NCBI RefSeq assembly: GCF_030028105.1
Contig: NC_092375.1
Span: forward strand, 44,181,130 to 44,245,129
From: Mobula birostris
Lineage: Eukaryota
DNA: 64,000 nt
Direction of reading: 5' to 3'
The notes below the pieces were generated by a model. That model had not been told where the DNA came from. It did no database searches and saw only the letters and a list, made by a program, of their open reading frames with translations. The stretch's first letter is position 1. The number at the start of each line of letters is the position of its first letter. Both the position numbers and the translations under genes were made by a program. Of the stretch, positions 24,568 through 38,400 are shown piece by piece.

Positions 24568-27500
24568 CTGAAGGTGAAAGGAAAATCATTATTTATAATA
24601 TCAATTAACATTTTCTCCACAAGTACAACCACATTACAAGTTTTTAAAATTGTTTTTTTTCAACTACAGTTAATCTTACAGTTCCTAAATCCTTGAAGAA
24701 AAAGCAATGGAAATTGCAAGGTTTGGTTCCAGTCTCTCAGTGGTGAAAAGAGATATCATTGGTTGCCTATTCTGTTTAAAACAATTCTGAATATTCAGCA
24801 TGTTTACCCACCAATCCACTTCTCTTCCTTTCCCAGTTCCTCCCCATAAGGTAACTACCTAATAATAGCTCTAAGGTGAGAGGGGCAAGTTTAAAGGATA
24901 TTTACAAGGCAAGTCTTTTATACAGTTAGGTGCATGCACTGTGGGTAAATGGTGGAAGAGTTATAAGGTGCCTTGACAGGTACATGAACAGGCAGGTCAT
25001 TTAAAGATGCTGACCATGTGCAGACGATCCATATTGGCATCACAATTAGCACATTGCTTGTTCCTATGTTCTGGAGTTTTAAATGGAACACTCATGAAAG
25101 TACTAATTACTTGACATTCCATTATGTGATCTTTGCCCATGTCTTGTACATGTTTTTGTCTTAGTTAATGGTTTCTTGTATCCTTATAGGTACAGCATCT
25201 CTCTGCTCCCTATGCCGATACCACCGATGCAGTGATAACGAAGCACAGAGCCCAGATATTCTGATGTTTTGTCATTCTTTGTCCCAAATCAAATTCACCT
25301 GTGTAGTAAAAGCCATCATATGCCCTATTTCTCTACAACTGATTTTGTTTTAATAGAAGTCCCCAGCTTCAGATTCCCAGCAATCAAAAGAGCAAAATAC
25401 TGCAGATGCTGAAAAAAAAAATCAAAATATAAAAAAGTGTTAGAAATGTTCAGAACAGGCATCATCTTTGAAATTGGGAAAAGTTTGTTCTGTTTCTTAA
25501 AGAAGTATGCAAAAGAGGAAAGGGAAGAAAGCTATTGTGATATGTTAGAAGACGGGAGAGGAGTACATGCTGAAAGAAATGAAGAAACGAGGAGGTACAA
25601 GGTAACAGGTATGATATTCCAGGGGACACAATTGTTGATGCTGGAACTCTGAAACTGGAAGGTGCTGGAAACACTCAGTCCCAGAAATTATTAAATCAGA
25701 TTAAAACTGGAAGGAATATATAGCAATTGGAGGATGAGGTTCTCTTTCTTGACCTCGCTTTGAGATTCAATTAACAGTACAGTACACAAGGGCATAGGTG
25801 TCCAAGTAGGAATGGAATGGAAAATTAGGATGACAGACTGGGATTTTGGGATTGTGTATGCAGGGTGAATGGGGTGTTGTTTAAAGCAGCTACAAAATCA
25901 GAAGTTGGCCTTCTCAATATTAGAGAGGGCTGAATCATGAGCAAATATTGAATTTTTAAATTGAAAATGCAAGCAAGTCACTGCCTCACCTGGAAAAAGT
26001 ATGTATGGTATGTCTGAAGCTTGAGATGGTAGGTGTTGTAGTGCCTGCAGTTGTTTTAGTAATTGCTGAAAATGAAAGAGTAAAGCAGAGCTTCTTAGAT
26101 AGGAAAAAAACTCTTGATAATGATAAAGTAGAGGATAAAAAGGTATAGCTTTTGGTAACAATTTTGGAATTACTGGAAAGAACTAGTAGATGATCCATAG
26201 AAGACTGATAAAATGGAAAGTGAGGACAAAACTAACTGTATTGTAGGTCTGGAAAGGAGGAGTCTGGGTGAGATAAATATGCCCTGTTAACCATGATGGA
26301 CAAGACTGAGAAAATAAAACACAAAACATCTTTTAAAATTAATTTTCTGGATCGGGATCTCGCAGTTTTTGGTGTCATGCCCAGTTACTCTGGGGAAGAC
26401 TATAGTAGCCTACCTCCTTGAACTTGTGCAGTGGTTTTAGTAAAGGTTTTCTGCGAGTGCTATTGTATGGGGATATATACCTAGCATTGATAAAGTACCA
26501 GCGATATATTTTCAAGATAGGACAGTATGTCATTTTTCTATGCAGATCATGGACATGGTATGCATCTACTGTTCTTGTTCTTCTTGGTAGCAGAGGTCAT
26601 TGGTTTGGGAGCTGTTGTGAGAGCTGCAAGTTAGATATGTGGACTGGTATACATTGTGTAAGAATGAGGAGGGAATGAATACATGGGATCAAAAAGAGTG
26701 CCTATCAAATGGGCTGCTTTGTCTGAGTTTCTTGCGTGTTGTTGGATTGGAAACAAAAGTCAAGGAAGCCTGGCCTGCTGAGTTCTTCTAGCATTTTGTA
26801 TGCTTGTCTGTTACTCTGGATTTCCAGCATCCACAGAATCTCTTCTGTGTTTGATTTGCTGTTTCATTGCGAAGTCTCTTCGGGGTATGCTTCCCCTGAA
26901 GGAATTTAAATCTTCTCTTCGACAGGAATTTGGTGAGACCCTCTCTCACTGCTCCCCCTTTATCTGTGCTGCTCTCTAACTCTTTGCCCCTTCCATCTTG
27001 TACTCCTTCTCCTTGCCCCACCTTCTTCCCCCTTCCTTTCCAGGCCCGATGAAGGGTTTCAGCTCACAGCTTCAACTCTTTATTCCTCCCCATAGATGCT
27101 GCCTGACCAGTTGAATTCCTCCAGCGTTTTGTGTGTGTTACACAGCAATGTAAAGTTTCATAAGAAATTTGATAAGCTGCTTGTTAAGCAGTTAGCACTC
27201 ATTGGTTGTAGTGTGTGTGGGGGGTGGATAGCATAGGCAAGAATAATTTAAGCATGAATTGTGGAACAATTGCTTGACAGAATGCAGAATCGCTGTTTGG
27301 GTTTACATTACCAATAGGTTGCAGCAAGGATTTGTCCTTGACTTCATAGAAAAAAACAGCTTCAACTATTTACTAGCAGATTAAATGAGGGCAGGTGATA
27401 TTTATAAGTTTACTGGTGAAAGAAAGTTAAATGGAAAATTAACTCTGAGGATGCAGATGCTGTAAGTGGTATTGATTAATTAAGTAAGGAGGTAACATCA

Positions 27501-28309
27501 AAGTGCCAGAAGTAGTTAGCCAAAATCACCGAACAGTCCAACACAGTTAACATTTCAGGCCATTGTCCTTCATCTTTTTAAGTGCAGCTAAGTGTGGAGA
27601 AATACAGAAATATCCACTTTGATAGGAAAAATAAGAAGCAGTTTACTTTGAAGTGATGAGAGGCTTTCATGAACAAAAAGGCTCAGCAGAGGATGTACTT
27701 CTTGCAAAAGATGATAAAACTACACCTTCACAATAAAGTATAAAGTACAACATTCTGCACTGTCACAACAGAGAATATCCTCACGTCAGCTATAAATTTC
27801 TGGTTGGTTCATCATTCTCTCACAATATATGAAAACTACAGCGAACTGTCAGGTCAGCTGAAAAGGTCAGTGATTGTCTACGATCACTGCAGGACTTGTA
27901 TGTGGCCAAAGCAAGGAAGTAGATAAGAAAAATTATTGCAGACACTACCCACCCACAAAATGCCTTTTCCAAAACTCCCTTCCACAGAGCTCTTTAGCTC
28001 AATTTTTTTGAGAAAAAACACATTTTAAAAGTTTTTCCACCAAGAATTCAATCTGTTAAGCTATTCTATTTAGCCACCCCATGCCCCCTCTATTTATTAC
28101 CTCAGTCATTGCACTGTAAACACTTTAAGCCACCTTTTATAGAGCTGTTTACTTTGTAAATACATGCTGGTATTGTGTATCTATGCACATTTTATTCCAT
28201 ATCTGTAACCTCTATGTTTATTTTTTTATAATTCTTTATTTCTGTAATGGTTGAATGTTCTTGTGTTTTGTTGCATGTCATGCCAATACACCACAACAAA
28301 TTCCTAATG

Positions 28310-29700
28310 CAAAATACTGGAGATGGTCAAGCAACAACTATGGAAATGAATAAACAGTAGGTATTCCAGGCCGAGAATCTTCTTCCAGACTGGAAAGTAA
28401 GGGGGGGCGATGCCTGAATAAAATGGTAGGGGGAGGGAGAAGAAGGATTAAGCTGGAAGGTATAGGTGAAGCCAAATGAATGGGAACAATAAAGAGCTGG
28501 AGAAGAAGGAATCTGACAGGAGAGGAGAATGGACTATGGGAGAAAGAGAAAAAGGAGGGGCATCGGGGGGAGATGATATACAGGTGAGGAGAAGAGGTAA
28601 GAGGCCAGAGTAAGGAATAGGAGAAGAGGGAAGGGGGAGGTGAAATTTTACTGTAAGGAGAAATTGATGGTCATGCCATCCTAGATGGAATATGAGGTGT
28701 GCTCCTCCACCCTGAGGGTGGTCTCATCATGGCAAAATGAGGAAGCCATGCACTGACATGTCAGAATGGGAATAGGGATAGAAATTAAAATGGTTGGCCA
28801 CCGGGAAATTCCAATTTTAGCAGATAGAGTGGAGGTGCTTGACAAAGCGTTCCCCCAATTTATCTCGGGTTTCAGCAATGTAGAGGAGGCCGCATCAGGA
28901 GCACTGTATACAATAGATGACCCCAGCAGGATGGATGGGGGAGGAAGGGAGCAATACAGATATGTTAGGTGGTAGGATCCTATTGAAGATGGTGGAAATT
29001 TTGGAGAATGATGTGTTGAATACGGAGGCTCATGAGGTAGTAGTTGAGGACAAGAGGCACTTAATCCCTGTTAAGGTGGTGGGAAGATGGAGCGAGTGTG
29101 GATGTACAGGAAATGGAGATGTAGGTGAAGGTAGCATCAATGGTGGAAGAAGGGAAACCTTGCTCTTTGAAAAAGAGAACATCTCAAGAGTTACTCTTGT
29201 CTTCATCCCATGAGACTCCGCATCCAAGACGTCATTCTCCACATATTCCACCATCTTCAACCAGCAAACCAAAACAGATCTTTATCTCTCCTCATTCTCC
29301 ACTCTTCACAGGGAGCATCCTTTCGTCCCTCTCCACTAAGTTCCCTCTTAGCACATGTCCCTGCAAATGACAAATGTTACACCTGTCCATTCACCTCATC
29401 CCATACCTCTATTCAGGTCCCCAAGCAGTTCCTTTGGGCGAGGCAACACTTCACCCGTGAATCTGTTGAGGTCATCTATATTATCCAAAGTTCACCTAGC
29501 ACATTCTAGCCAATCCTCCTTACCTTCCCCCCCACTTTCTTATTCTGATAATCTTCCCCCCCACATCCAGTCCTGCAATAGAGTCTCAGCCCGAAATGTT
29601 GACTGTTTATTCATTTCCATTGAAGCTACCTGACCTGCTGTGTTTCTCCAGCATTTTGTGGGTGCTGCTCCAGATTTCCAGGATCTGCAGAATCTTTTGT
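28310..29700. mobile_element. Penelope-like element remnant (inverted arrangement, pLTR ends)
   Basis: Decayed PLE C-terminal coding sequence in both orientations, bounded by ...gatgctgcctg/ccagcattttgtg pLTR hairpins with degenerate hammerheads. Confidence 0.65.
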
Positions 29701-29922
29701 ATTTATAAATTCCTAATACATGTAAACGTATATGGAGAATAAAGTTGAAGCTCAATCCTTGATTGGTTAGTCTACTATTTGAAAGGCTAGTTAGTCTACT
29801 TTTCAGAAGTATTTGGGGAGCCTTTGTATTTGATATAAAGAAATGTAACTTTTAGGAGTGAAAACTTCGCAATATACAAGCACAAATTTCAAAACCTTGC
29901 AAGACATACCTCTGTTTTGGGT

Positions 29923-30020
29923 TTAGAAGAATTTCTCAACACAAATGAAATAACACAAGAGCAGGACAAATAAACTGTAGCGGAGGATTGTCAATAAGTA
30001 ATGCAAATTGGTTCCTATTT
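29923..30020 (-). CDS. NKp30-like receptor transmembrane exon (charged Arg, very short tail)
   Basis: Acceptor ctattgtattccag|. Phase 1 gives (E)IGTNLHYLLTILRYSLFVLLLCYFICVEKFF*, with Arg codon at 29980-29982. Donor AGAG|gtatgt at 29910/29909, 13 nt after the stop. Confidence 0.75.
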
Positions 30021-30089
30021 CTGGAATACAATAGATAAATGATCAGTCAGCATGTTTAGTATTTTGACATTCCATGTTGTTACAACCTA

Positions 30090-30615
30090 CACTCAGAAGC
30101 CACTCCATTAGGTGCACGTACACTTGCACATTAATGCAAATATCTAATCAGCCAATCGTGTGGCAGCAACTCAATGAATAAAAGCAGACATACATGGCCA
30201 AGAGATTCAGTTGTTGTTCAGACTAAACATCAGAAGGGGAAAGAAATGTGACTTTGACCCTGTTGATGCGAGACGGGGTAGTTTGGGTATTTCAGAAACT
30301 GCTGGTCTGCTGGGATTTTCACACACAAGTCTCTAGAGTTTACAAAGAATGGTGAAAAGGAGAATCCAGCGAGTGGCAGTTCTGTGAGTAAAAATGCCTT
30401 CTTAATGAGAGAGTTCAGAGGAGGATGGCTAGACTGGTTCAAGCTGACGGGGTGGTGACAGTAATTCAGATAACCACACGTTATAACAGTGGGGTGCAGG
30501 AGAGCATCCCTGAATACACAACATGTCAAACCTTGAGGTGGAGGAGACCAGGAACATAAACTCAGTGACTACTTTATTAGGTACAAGAGGTACATAATGA
30601 TGTGACCACTGAGTG
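30090..30615. mobile_element. Tc1-like non-autonomous element (MITE)
   Basis: TA|CACTCAG..GCCACT...ACCACTGAGTG|TA terminal inverted repeats. Confidence 0.7.
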
Positions 30616-30700
30616 TACAGTCAGCCTTGATCATATCCTAATTGGAAGAGGGTCATAAGTATACGTACTGACATGGATAGAAAATTGGTTGGCAGACAGG

Positions 30701-32388
30701 CCCCCAACCAATACATAACTCTACTCTCCCCTCCTACCCTCCTCACAGCCCCCCACCCTGCTCTCATGACTACACCCCTTCCCCACATGAAACCACCACG
30801 GTGGGCTTCACAGCTGAACAGGTGAGAAGACAATTGAAACGTATCCATCCAAACAAGGCTACAGGCCTGGATGGTGTCAGCACCGGGGTGCTCAAAGCCT
30901 GTGCTCCCCAGCTATGTGGAGTACTCCACCATGTCTTCAACCTGAGCCTGAGTCTCCAGAGGGTTCCTGTGCTGTGGAAGACGTCCTGGCTCGTCCCTGT
31001 GCCGAAGACGCTGCGTCCCAGTGGCTTCAATGACTACAGACCGGTAGCATTGACCTCCCACATCATGAAGACCCCGGAGAGGCTTGTTCTAGAGCAGCTC
31101 TGGCCTGTGGTTAGACCACACTTAGATCCCCTCCAGTTCGCCTACCAGCCCCGACTAGGAGTTGAGGATGCCATCGTCTTCCTGCTGAATCATGTCTATG
31201 TCCACCTGGACAAGCCAGCGAGCACTGTGAGGGTCATGTTTTTTGACTTCTCCAGTGCGTTCAACACCATCCGCCCTGCTCTGCTGGGGGAGAAGCTGAC
31301 AGCGATGCATGTGGATGCTTCCCTGGTATCATGGATTCTTGATTACCTGACTGGCAGACCACAGTACGTGTGCTTGCAACACTGTGTGTCAGACAGAGTG
31401 GTCAGCAGCACTGGGGCTCCACAGGAGACTGTCTTCTCTCCCTTTCTCTTCACCATTTACACCTCAGACTTCAACTACTACACAGAGTCTTGCCATCTTC
31501 AGAAGTTTTCTGATGACTCTGCCATAGTTGGATGAATCAGCAAGGGAGATGAGGCTGAGTACAAGGCTACGGTGGGAAACTTGTGTCACATGGTGTGAGC
31601 AGAATTATCTGCAGCTTAATGTGAAAAAGACTAAGGAGCTGGTGGTGGACCTGAGGAGGGCTAAGGCACCAGTGAGCCCTGTTTCCATCCAAGGGGTCAG
31701 TGTGGACATGGTGGAGGATTACAAATGCCTGGGAATAAGAATTGACAATAAACTGGACTGGTCAAAGAACCCTGAGGCAGTCTACAAGAAGGGTCAGAGC
31801 CGTCTCTATTTCCTGAGGAGACTGAGGTCCTTTACCATCTGTCAGATGATGCTGAGGATGTTCTACGGGTCTGTGGTGGCCAGTGCTATCAGGTTTGCAG
31901 TTGTGTGCTGGGGCAGCAGGCTGAGGGTAGCAGACACCAACAGAATCAACAAACTCATTTGTAAGGCCAGTGATGTTGTGGGGATGGAACTGGACTCTCT
32001 GACGGTGGTGTCTGAAAAGAGGATGTTGTCCAAGTTGCCTGCCATCTTGGTCAATGTCTCCCATCCTCTACATAATGTACTGGTTGGGCACAGGAGTACA
32101 TTCAGCCAGAGACTCATTCCACCGAGATGCAACACTGAGCATCATAGGAAGTCATTCCTGCCTGTGGCTATCAAACTATACAACTCCTTCCTTGGAGGTC
32201 AGACACCCTGAGCCAATAGTCTGGTCCTGGACTTATTTCCATCTGGCATAATTTACATATTATTATTTAATTATTTATGGTTTTATATTGCTATATTTAT
32301 ACTCTACTCTTGGTTGGTGCAACTGTAATGAAATCCAATTTCCCTCGGGATCAATAAAGTATGTCTATTTGTCTATCTATCTGTCTAT
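30701..32388 (+). mobile_element. 5'-truncated Rex1/Babar LINE nested inside a CR1
   Basis: RT motifs PLQFAYQ, MFFDFSSAFNTI, FSDDSAIVG and an aataaa(ctat)n tail. The host CR1 reads gcagacagg (30700) | aaacaaagagtagg (32389). Confidence 0.85.
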
Positions 32389-33445
32389 GAAACAAAGAGT
32401 AGGGATTAATGGGTCCTTTTCAGAACGGCAAGCAGTGACTAGTGGGGTACTGCAAGGCTTGGTGCTGGGACGGCAGCTATTTACAATATACATTAATGAT
32501 TTAGATGAAGGAATTAAAAGCAACATTAGCAAATTTGCAGATGACACAAAGCTGGGTGGCAGTGTGAAATGTGAGGAGGATGTTATGAGAATGCAGGGTG
32601 ACTTGGACAGGTTGGGTGAGGGGGCAGATGCAGTTTGATGTGCATAAATGTGAGGTTTTCCACTTTGGTGGCAAGAACAGGAAAGTAGATTACTATCTGA
32701 ATGGTGTCAAGTTCGGAAAAGGGGAAGTACAACGAGATCTAGGGGTCCTTCTTCATCAGTCACTGAAAGTAAGCATGCAGATACAGCAGGCAGTGAAGAA
32801 AGCTAATGGCATGTTGGCCTTCATAAGAAAGGGAGTTGACTATAGGAGCAAAGAGGTCCTTCTGCAGTTGTACAGGGCCCTCATGAGGCCACACCTGGAG
32901 TATTGTGTACAGTTTTGGTCTCCAATTTGAAGAAGGACATTCTAGCTATTGAGGGAGTGCAGCGTAGGTTCACGAGGTTAATTCCCAGGATGTTGGGACT
33001 GTCATATGTTGAAAGATTGGGGCGACTGCGTTTGTATACACGGGAATTTAGAAGGATGAGAGGGTATCTGATTGAAACATATAAGACTATTAAGGGATTG
33101 GACACACTAGAGGCAGGAAACATGTTCCCAATGTTGGGGGAGTCCAGAACCAGAGGCCACAGTTTAAGAGTAAGGGGTAGACCATTTAGAACGGAGTTGA
33201 GGAAAAACTTCTTCACACAGAGGGTTGTGGTTCTGTGGAATGCTCTGCCTCAGAAGGCAGTGGAGGCCAATTCTCTGGATTCTTTCCAGAAAGAGTTAGA
33301 TAGAGCTCTTAAAGATAGTGGAGTCAAGGGATATGGGGAGAAGGCAGGAAAAGTGTACTGATTGTGGATGATCAGCCATGATCACAGTGAATGGTGGTGC
33401 TGGCTTGAAGGGCTGAATGGCCTACTCCTACACCTATTGTCTATA
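32389..33445 (+). mobile_element. CR1 LINE 3' portion (5' piece at ~30620-30700)
   Basis: [40 protein letters not shown] and a ctattgtctat tail. Confidence 0.85.
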
Positions 33446-33692
33446 TCATGAGTCATTATTGTTTAATTGGACCAAAATCTCACATAGTAAATACGAAAAC
33501 ACAATTTTCAGGCTACGTTGAGGGTATTTCCCTCATTGTCTTGAGTTTGGAGATATTTTCTTTCAAAGCCTGTGAGTTCTATTTCTTCTTTCCATATCAC
33601 AAATATTCCTGCAAGTTCCCAGTCATCTAATGTTTTTTGTGGGGATATTTGGGCAGTGGAGTGAGCCAAAATGGTAAAATGTAAAAATATAC

Positions 33693-33722
33693 CATTGAGA
33701 ACTTCATCCTCTGGAATAAAGT
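33693..33722 (-). CDS. 30-nt stalk micro-exon of the NKp30-like receptor
   Basis: Very strong acceptor tttcttttttttttttaacag|, donor AATG|gtatat, phase 1-1. Encodes (D)FIPEDEVLN and keeps the frame between V and TM. Confidence 0.55.
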
Positions 33723-34624
33723 CTGTTAAAAAAAAAAAGAAATAGAATCATTAATTATTTAGAAATAAACTTACAGTAATAAGTATTTGACAGGCTTGAT
33801 CATTGCCAGGATTTTCATTTCAGCACTGAATTCACCAGCTTTTACTCCTTGTGTTAGAACTGGCCGATTCTGATGTGCAGACATCTGCTTCAACTCCACT
33901 TATATCTCTCAGCAGATGCAGCTTGGTCTGCTGGGTCTTTTAACGATGCAGATTTCCACACAAGATGTCCTTTGCCTCCAAAAGACCCAGCACAGTATTT
34001 GTTTCCTATTCTTTCTCTCCTTATTTTCCATCGTTCTCCCATTATTAAACCACTCAGAAAGCATTGAATGACTTGCATACCCTTGGTCTCTACTATTTCA
34101 CGGATGTTCTCTCTACCCACCCCTACTCTCAGATTTAAAACATACTTGTCTTCCAACTTCTCTGGTTCTCTCTACAGAATCCAATCTGGCCTACTGAGCA
34201 TTTCCGGCATTTTCTGTTACTACGTGGATTTCATTATTGTGGTAAATGCAGGAGAGTTTGATACTGCATGTTCACACTAACAGTCTTAAGCTGATCTTTC
34301 AAACAAAAATAAAACTACAAGCTAGATAATTGATATTGGACACAAGACAAACTATAGTTTTGAAGAAAGAACAAATGCAGTTTCAGCTGGATAATAATGC
34401 AGCTCAGAAGTATCTCTACCACTTAGGTCATACTCAATTGAATTTGTAAATTCGATTGCCACTAGGTGAAAATCCCCACTAACTGCACAATCGGAGTCCC
34501 TTCACGAGAAGGTTCAGACTGCCTGGACATAACCTTCTCATGAGCACTTAAAGGACGGGTAACCATTGCCGATCTTTCTGGAAACCCATATCCTGATTTT
34601 GATAAACAACACCGAAAGATCAGA

Positions 34625-37600
34625 TTAGAAACATAGAAAACCTACAGCACAGTACAGGTCCTTCAGCTCACAGTGCTGTGCCGAACATGTACTTACTTTA
34701 GAAATTACCTAGGGTTACCCATAGCCCTCTATTTTTCTAAGCTCCATGTACCCATCCAGGAGTCTCTTAAAAGACCCTATTGTATCTGCCTCCACCACAG
34801 TCGCCAAGTACCCATTCCATGCACTCACCACAATCTGCGTAAAAAACTTACCACTGACATCCCTTCTGTACGTACTTCCAAGCACCTTAAAATTGTCCCT
34901 TCTCTATTAGTATTTTCAGCCCAGGAAAAAAGCCTCTGACTATCCACACGATCAATGCCTCTCATCATCTTATACACCTCTATCAGGACACCTCTCATCC
35001 TCCGTCGTTCCAAGGAGAAAAGGTAAGTTCACTCAACCTATTCTCATAAGGCATGCTCCCCAGTCCAGGCAATATCCTTGTAAATCTCCTCTGCACCCTT
35101 TCTATAGTTTCCACATCCTTCCTGTAGTGAGGTGACCAGAATTGAGTGCAGTACTCCAAGTGGGATCTGAGCAGGGTCCTATATAGCTGTAGCATTACCT
35201 CTCGGATCTTGAACTTAATCCCACGGTAGATGAAGGCCTATACACCCTATGTCTTCGTAACCACAAAGACAACCTGTGCAACAGCTTTGAGTGCCCTATG
35301 GACTGGGAACCCAAGATCCCTCTAATCCTCCACACAGCCAAGAGTTTTACTGTTAATACTATATTCTGCCATCAGATTTGACCTACCAAAATTAACCACC
35401 TCACAATTATCTGGGTTGAGTTCCATCTGCTACTTCTCAGCCCAGTTTTGCATCCTATCGATGTCCCATTGTAAACTCTTGACAGCTGTCCACACTGTCC
35501 ACAGCACCCCCAACCTTTGTGTCATCTGCAAATTTACTAACCCATCCCTCCACTTCCTCATCCAGGTCATTTACAAAAATCACAAAGAGAAGGGGTCCCA
35601 GAACAGATCCCTGAGGCACACCACTGGTCACCAGCCTCCATGCAGAATATGATCCATCTACAACCACTCTTTGCCTTCTGTGGGCAAGCCAGTTCTGGAT
35701 CCACAAAGCAAGGTTCCTTTGGATCCCATACCTCCTTCCTTTCTCCATAAGCCTTGAATGGGGTAACTTATCAAATGCCCTGCTGAAATCCATATACACT
35801 ACATCTACTGTTCTACCTTCATCAATGTGTTTAGTCACATCCTCACAAAATTCAAAAAGACTTGTAAGGCATGACCTACCTTTGACAAAGCCATGCTGAC
35901 TATTCCTAATCATATTCTGCCCCTCCAAATGTTCATAAATCCTGCCTCTCAGGATCTCCTCCATCAACTTACCAACCACTGAAGTAAGACTCACTGGTCT
36001 ATAACTTCCAGGGCTATCTCTACTCCCTTTCTTGAATAAGGGAACAAGCTCTGCAACCTTCCAATCCTCCAGAACCTCTCCCATCCCCATGATGATGCAA
36101 AGATCATTGCAATCTCCTCCCTCGCCTCCCACAATAACCTAGGGTATATCTCATCCGGTCCCAGTGACTTAGCCAACCTGATGCTTTCCAAAAGCTCCAG
36201 CACATCCTCTTTCTTACTATCTATATGCTCAATCTTTTCAGTTCACTCTAAGTCATCCCTACAATTGCCAATGTCTTTTTCCATAGTGAATACTGAAGCA
36301 AAAATACCTCCGTTACCTCCTCCGGTTCTATACACACTTTTTCACTGTCACATTTGATTGGTCCTATTCTTTAACATCTTATCCTCTTGCTCTTTACATA
36401 CTTGTAGGATGCCTTGGGGTTTTCCTTAATCCTGCCCGCCAAGGCCTTCTCATGGACCCTTCTGGCTCTCCTAATTTCATTCTTAAGCACCATCATGACA
36501 GCCTTATAATTGTCTAGATCTCTATCATTACCTAGTTTTTTGAACCTTCCATAAGCTTTTCCTTTCTTCTTGACTAGATTTTCTACAGCCTTTGTACACT
36601 ATGGGTCCTATACCCTACCATTTTTACCCTGTCTCATTGGAACGTACCTATGCAGAATGCCATGCAAATATCCACTGAACATTTGCCACATTTCTGCCGT
36701 ACATTTCCCTAATAATATCTGTTCCCAATTTATGCTTCCAAGTTCCTGCCTGAGAGCTTCATATTTCCATCTACTCCAATTAAATGTTGTCCTAACTTGT
36801 CTGCTCCTATCCCTCTCCAATGTTATGGTAAAACAGAGAATTGTAATCACTATATCCGAAATGCTCTCCCACTGAGAGACCTGACACCTGACCAGGTTCA
36901 TTTCCCAATAACAGATCAAGTACAGCCTCTCCTCTTGTAGGCTTATCTACATATTGTATCAGGAAACCTTCCTAAAGACACCTAACGAACTCCACCCCAT
37001 CTAAACCCCTTGCTCTAGGGAGATGTCAATCAATATTTGGGAAATTGAAATTTCCCACCACAACAACCTTGTTATTATTACACCTTTCCAGAATCTGCTT
37101 CCCTATCTGCTCCTCGATGTCCCTGTTACTATTGGGTGGTCTATAAGAAAACACCCAGTAGAGTTATTGACTCTTTCCTGTTTCTAACTTCCACCCACAG
37201 TGGATCAGTAGACAGTCCCTTCATGACTTCCTCCTTTTCTGCAGCTGTAACACTATCTCTGATCAACAGTGCAACGCCCCCACCTCTTTTGCCTCCCCCC
37301 CCCCGTTCTTTTGAAACATCTAAAGTCTGGCCCCCTAAGTAGCCATTCCTGCCTCTGAGTCATCCAAGTCTCTGTAATGGCCTCAACATTATAGCTCCAA
37401 ATACTGATCCACGCTGTAAGTTCATCTGCTCTGTTCATGATACTCCTTGCATTAAAATACACATCTCAAACCATCAGTCTGAGTGCATCCCTTCTCTATC
37501 ACCTGCCTATCCTCCCTCTCACACTGCCTACAAGCTTTCTCTATTTGTGAACCAACCACCCCTTCCTCGGTCTTTTCAGTTCGGTTCCCACCCTCCAGCA

Positions 37601-38400
37601 AATCTATTTTAAACTCTCCCCAATAGCCTTAGCAAACCTCCCTGCTTGGATATTAGTCCCCCTCGGATTCAAGTGTAACCCATCCTTATTGTGCAGATCA
37701 TGCCTGTCCCAAAAGAGGTCCCAAAGCTACAGAAATCCGAATCCCTGCCCCTTGCTCCAATCCCTCAGCACCTGAGAGGCAAATTACCATCCGTGTTTCT
37801 CGCCTGCGTCCACAGAATCGTCTGTCTGACCCCCTAACTATACAGTCCCCTGTCGCTGCTGCCATTCTCTTCCTTTCTCTGCCCTTCTGAGCCACAGGGC
37901 CAGACTCTGTGCCAGAGGCGCAGCCACTATTGCTTCCCCCAGGTAGGTCCCCCCCCCCAACTGTACTCAGACAGAGGTACTTATTGTCAAGGGGGTGCAG
38001 CCACAGGGGTACTCTATAGTACCTGACTCTTACCCTTCCCTCTCCCAACTGTTACCCACTTATGTCTCCCGAGTCCCCCGTGTGACTACTTGCCTGTAGC
38101 TCCTCTCTATCACCTCCTCACTCAGATGAAAGTCATCAAACTGCATCTCCAGTTCCCTAACCCGGTCCCTAAGGAGCTGCAGCTCAACACACCTGGGGCA
38201 GATGTGGCCATCCGGGAGGCTGGGAGTCTCCCGGGCATCTCACATTCGACACCGAGAACAGAACACCGGCCTCGCAGACATACTTCCCGTTTCTGTACTA
38301 CACAAGTAACTTACCTCGCCTCGACCCGTTATCCCCGAAGCCCGGTTGAGCCAAAGCTCTCCTACTCTGGCACCCGTTCTATTAAGCTATTAGATTTGAA
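34625..38400 (-). mobile_element. Near full-length decayed CR1 LINE
   Basis: Esterase-like ORF1 remnant (GDCIVRGSDRRFCG), endonuclease (YFNARSI..KADEL) and RT ([31 protein letters not shown]), with frameshifts. Confidence 0.9.

Noticed and set aside
33775-33884. Exon candidate ending in gtaagt upstream of the stalk micro-exon
   Set aside because: It would need a 52-nt intron, and the phase-compatible frame contains stops.
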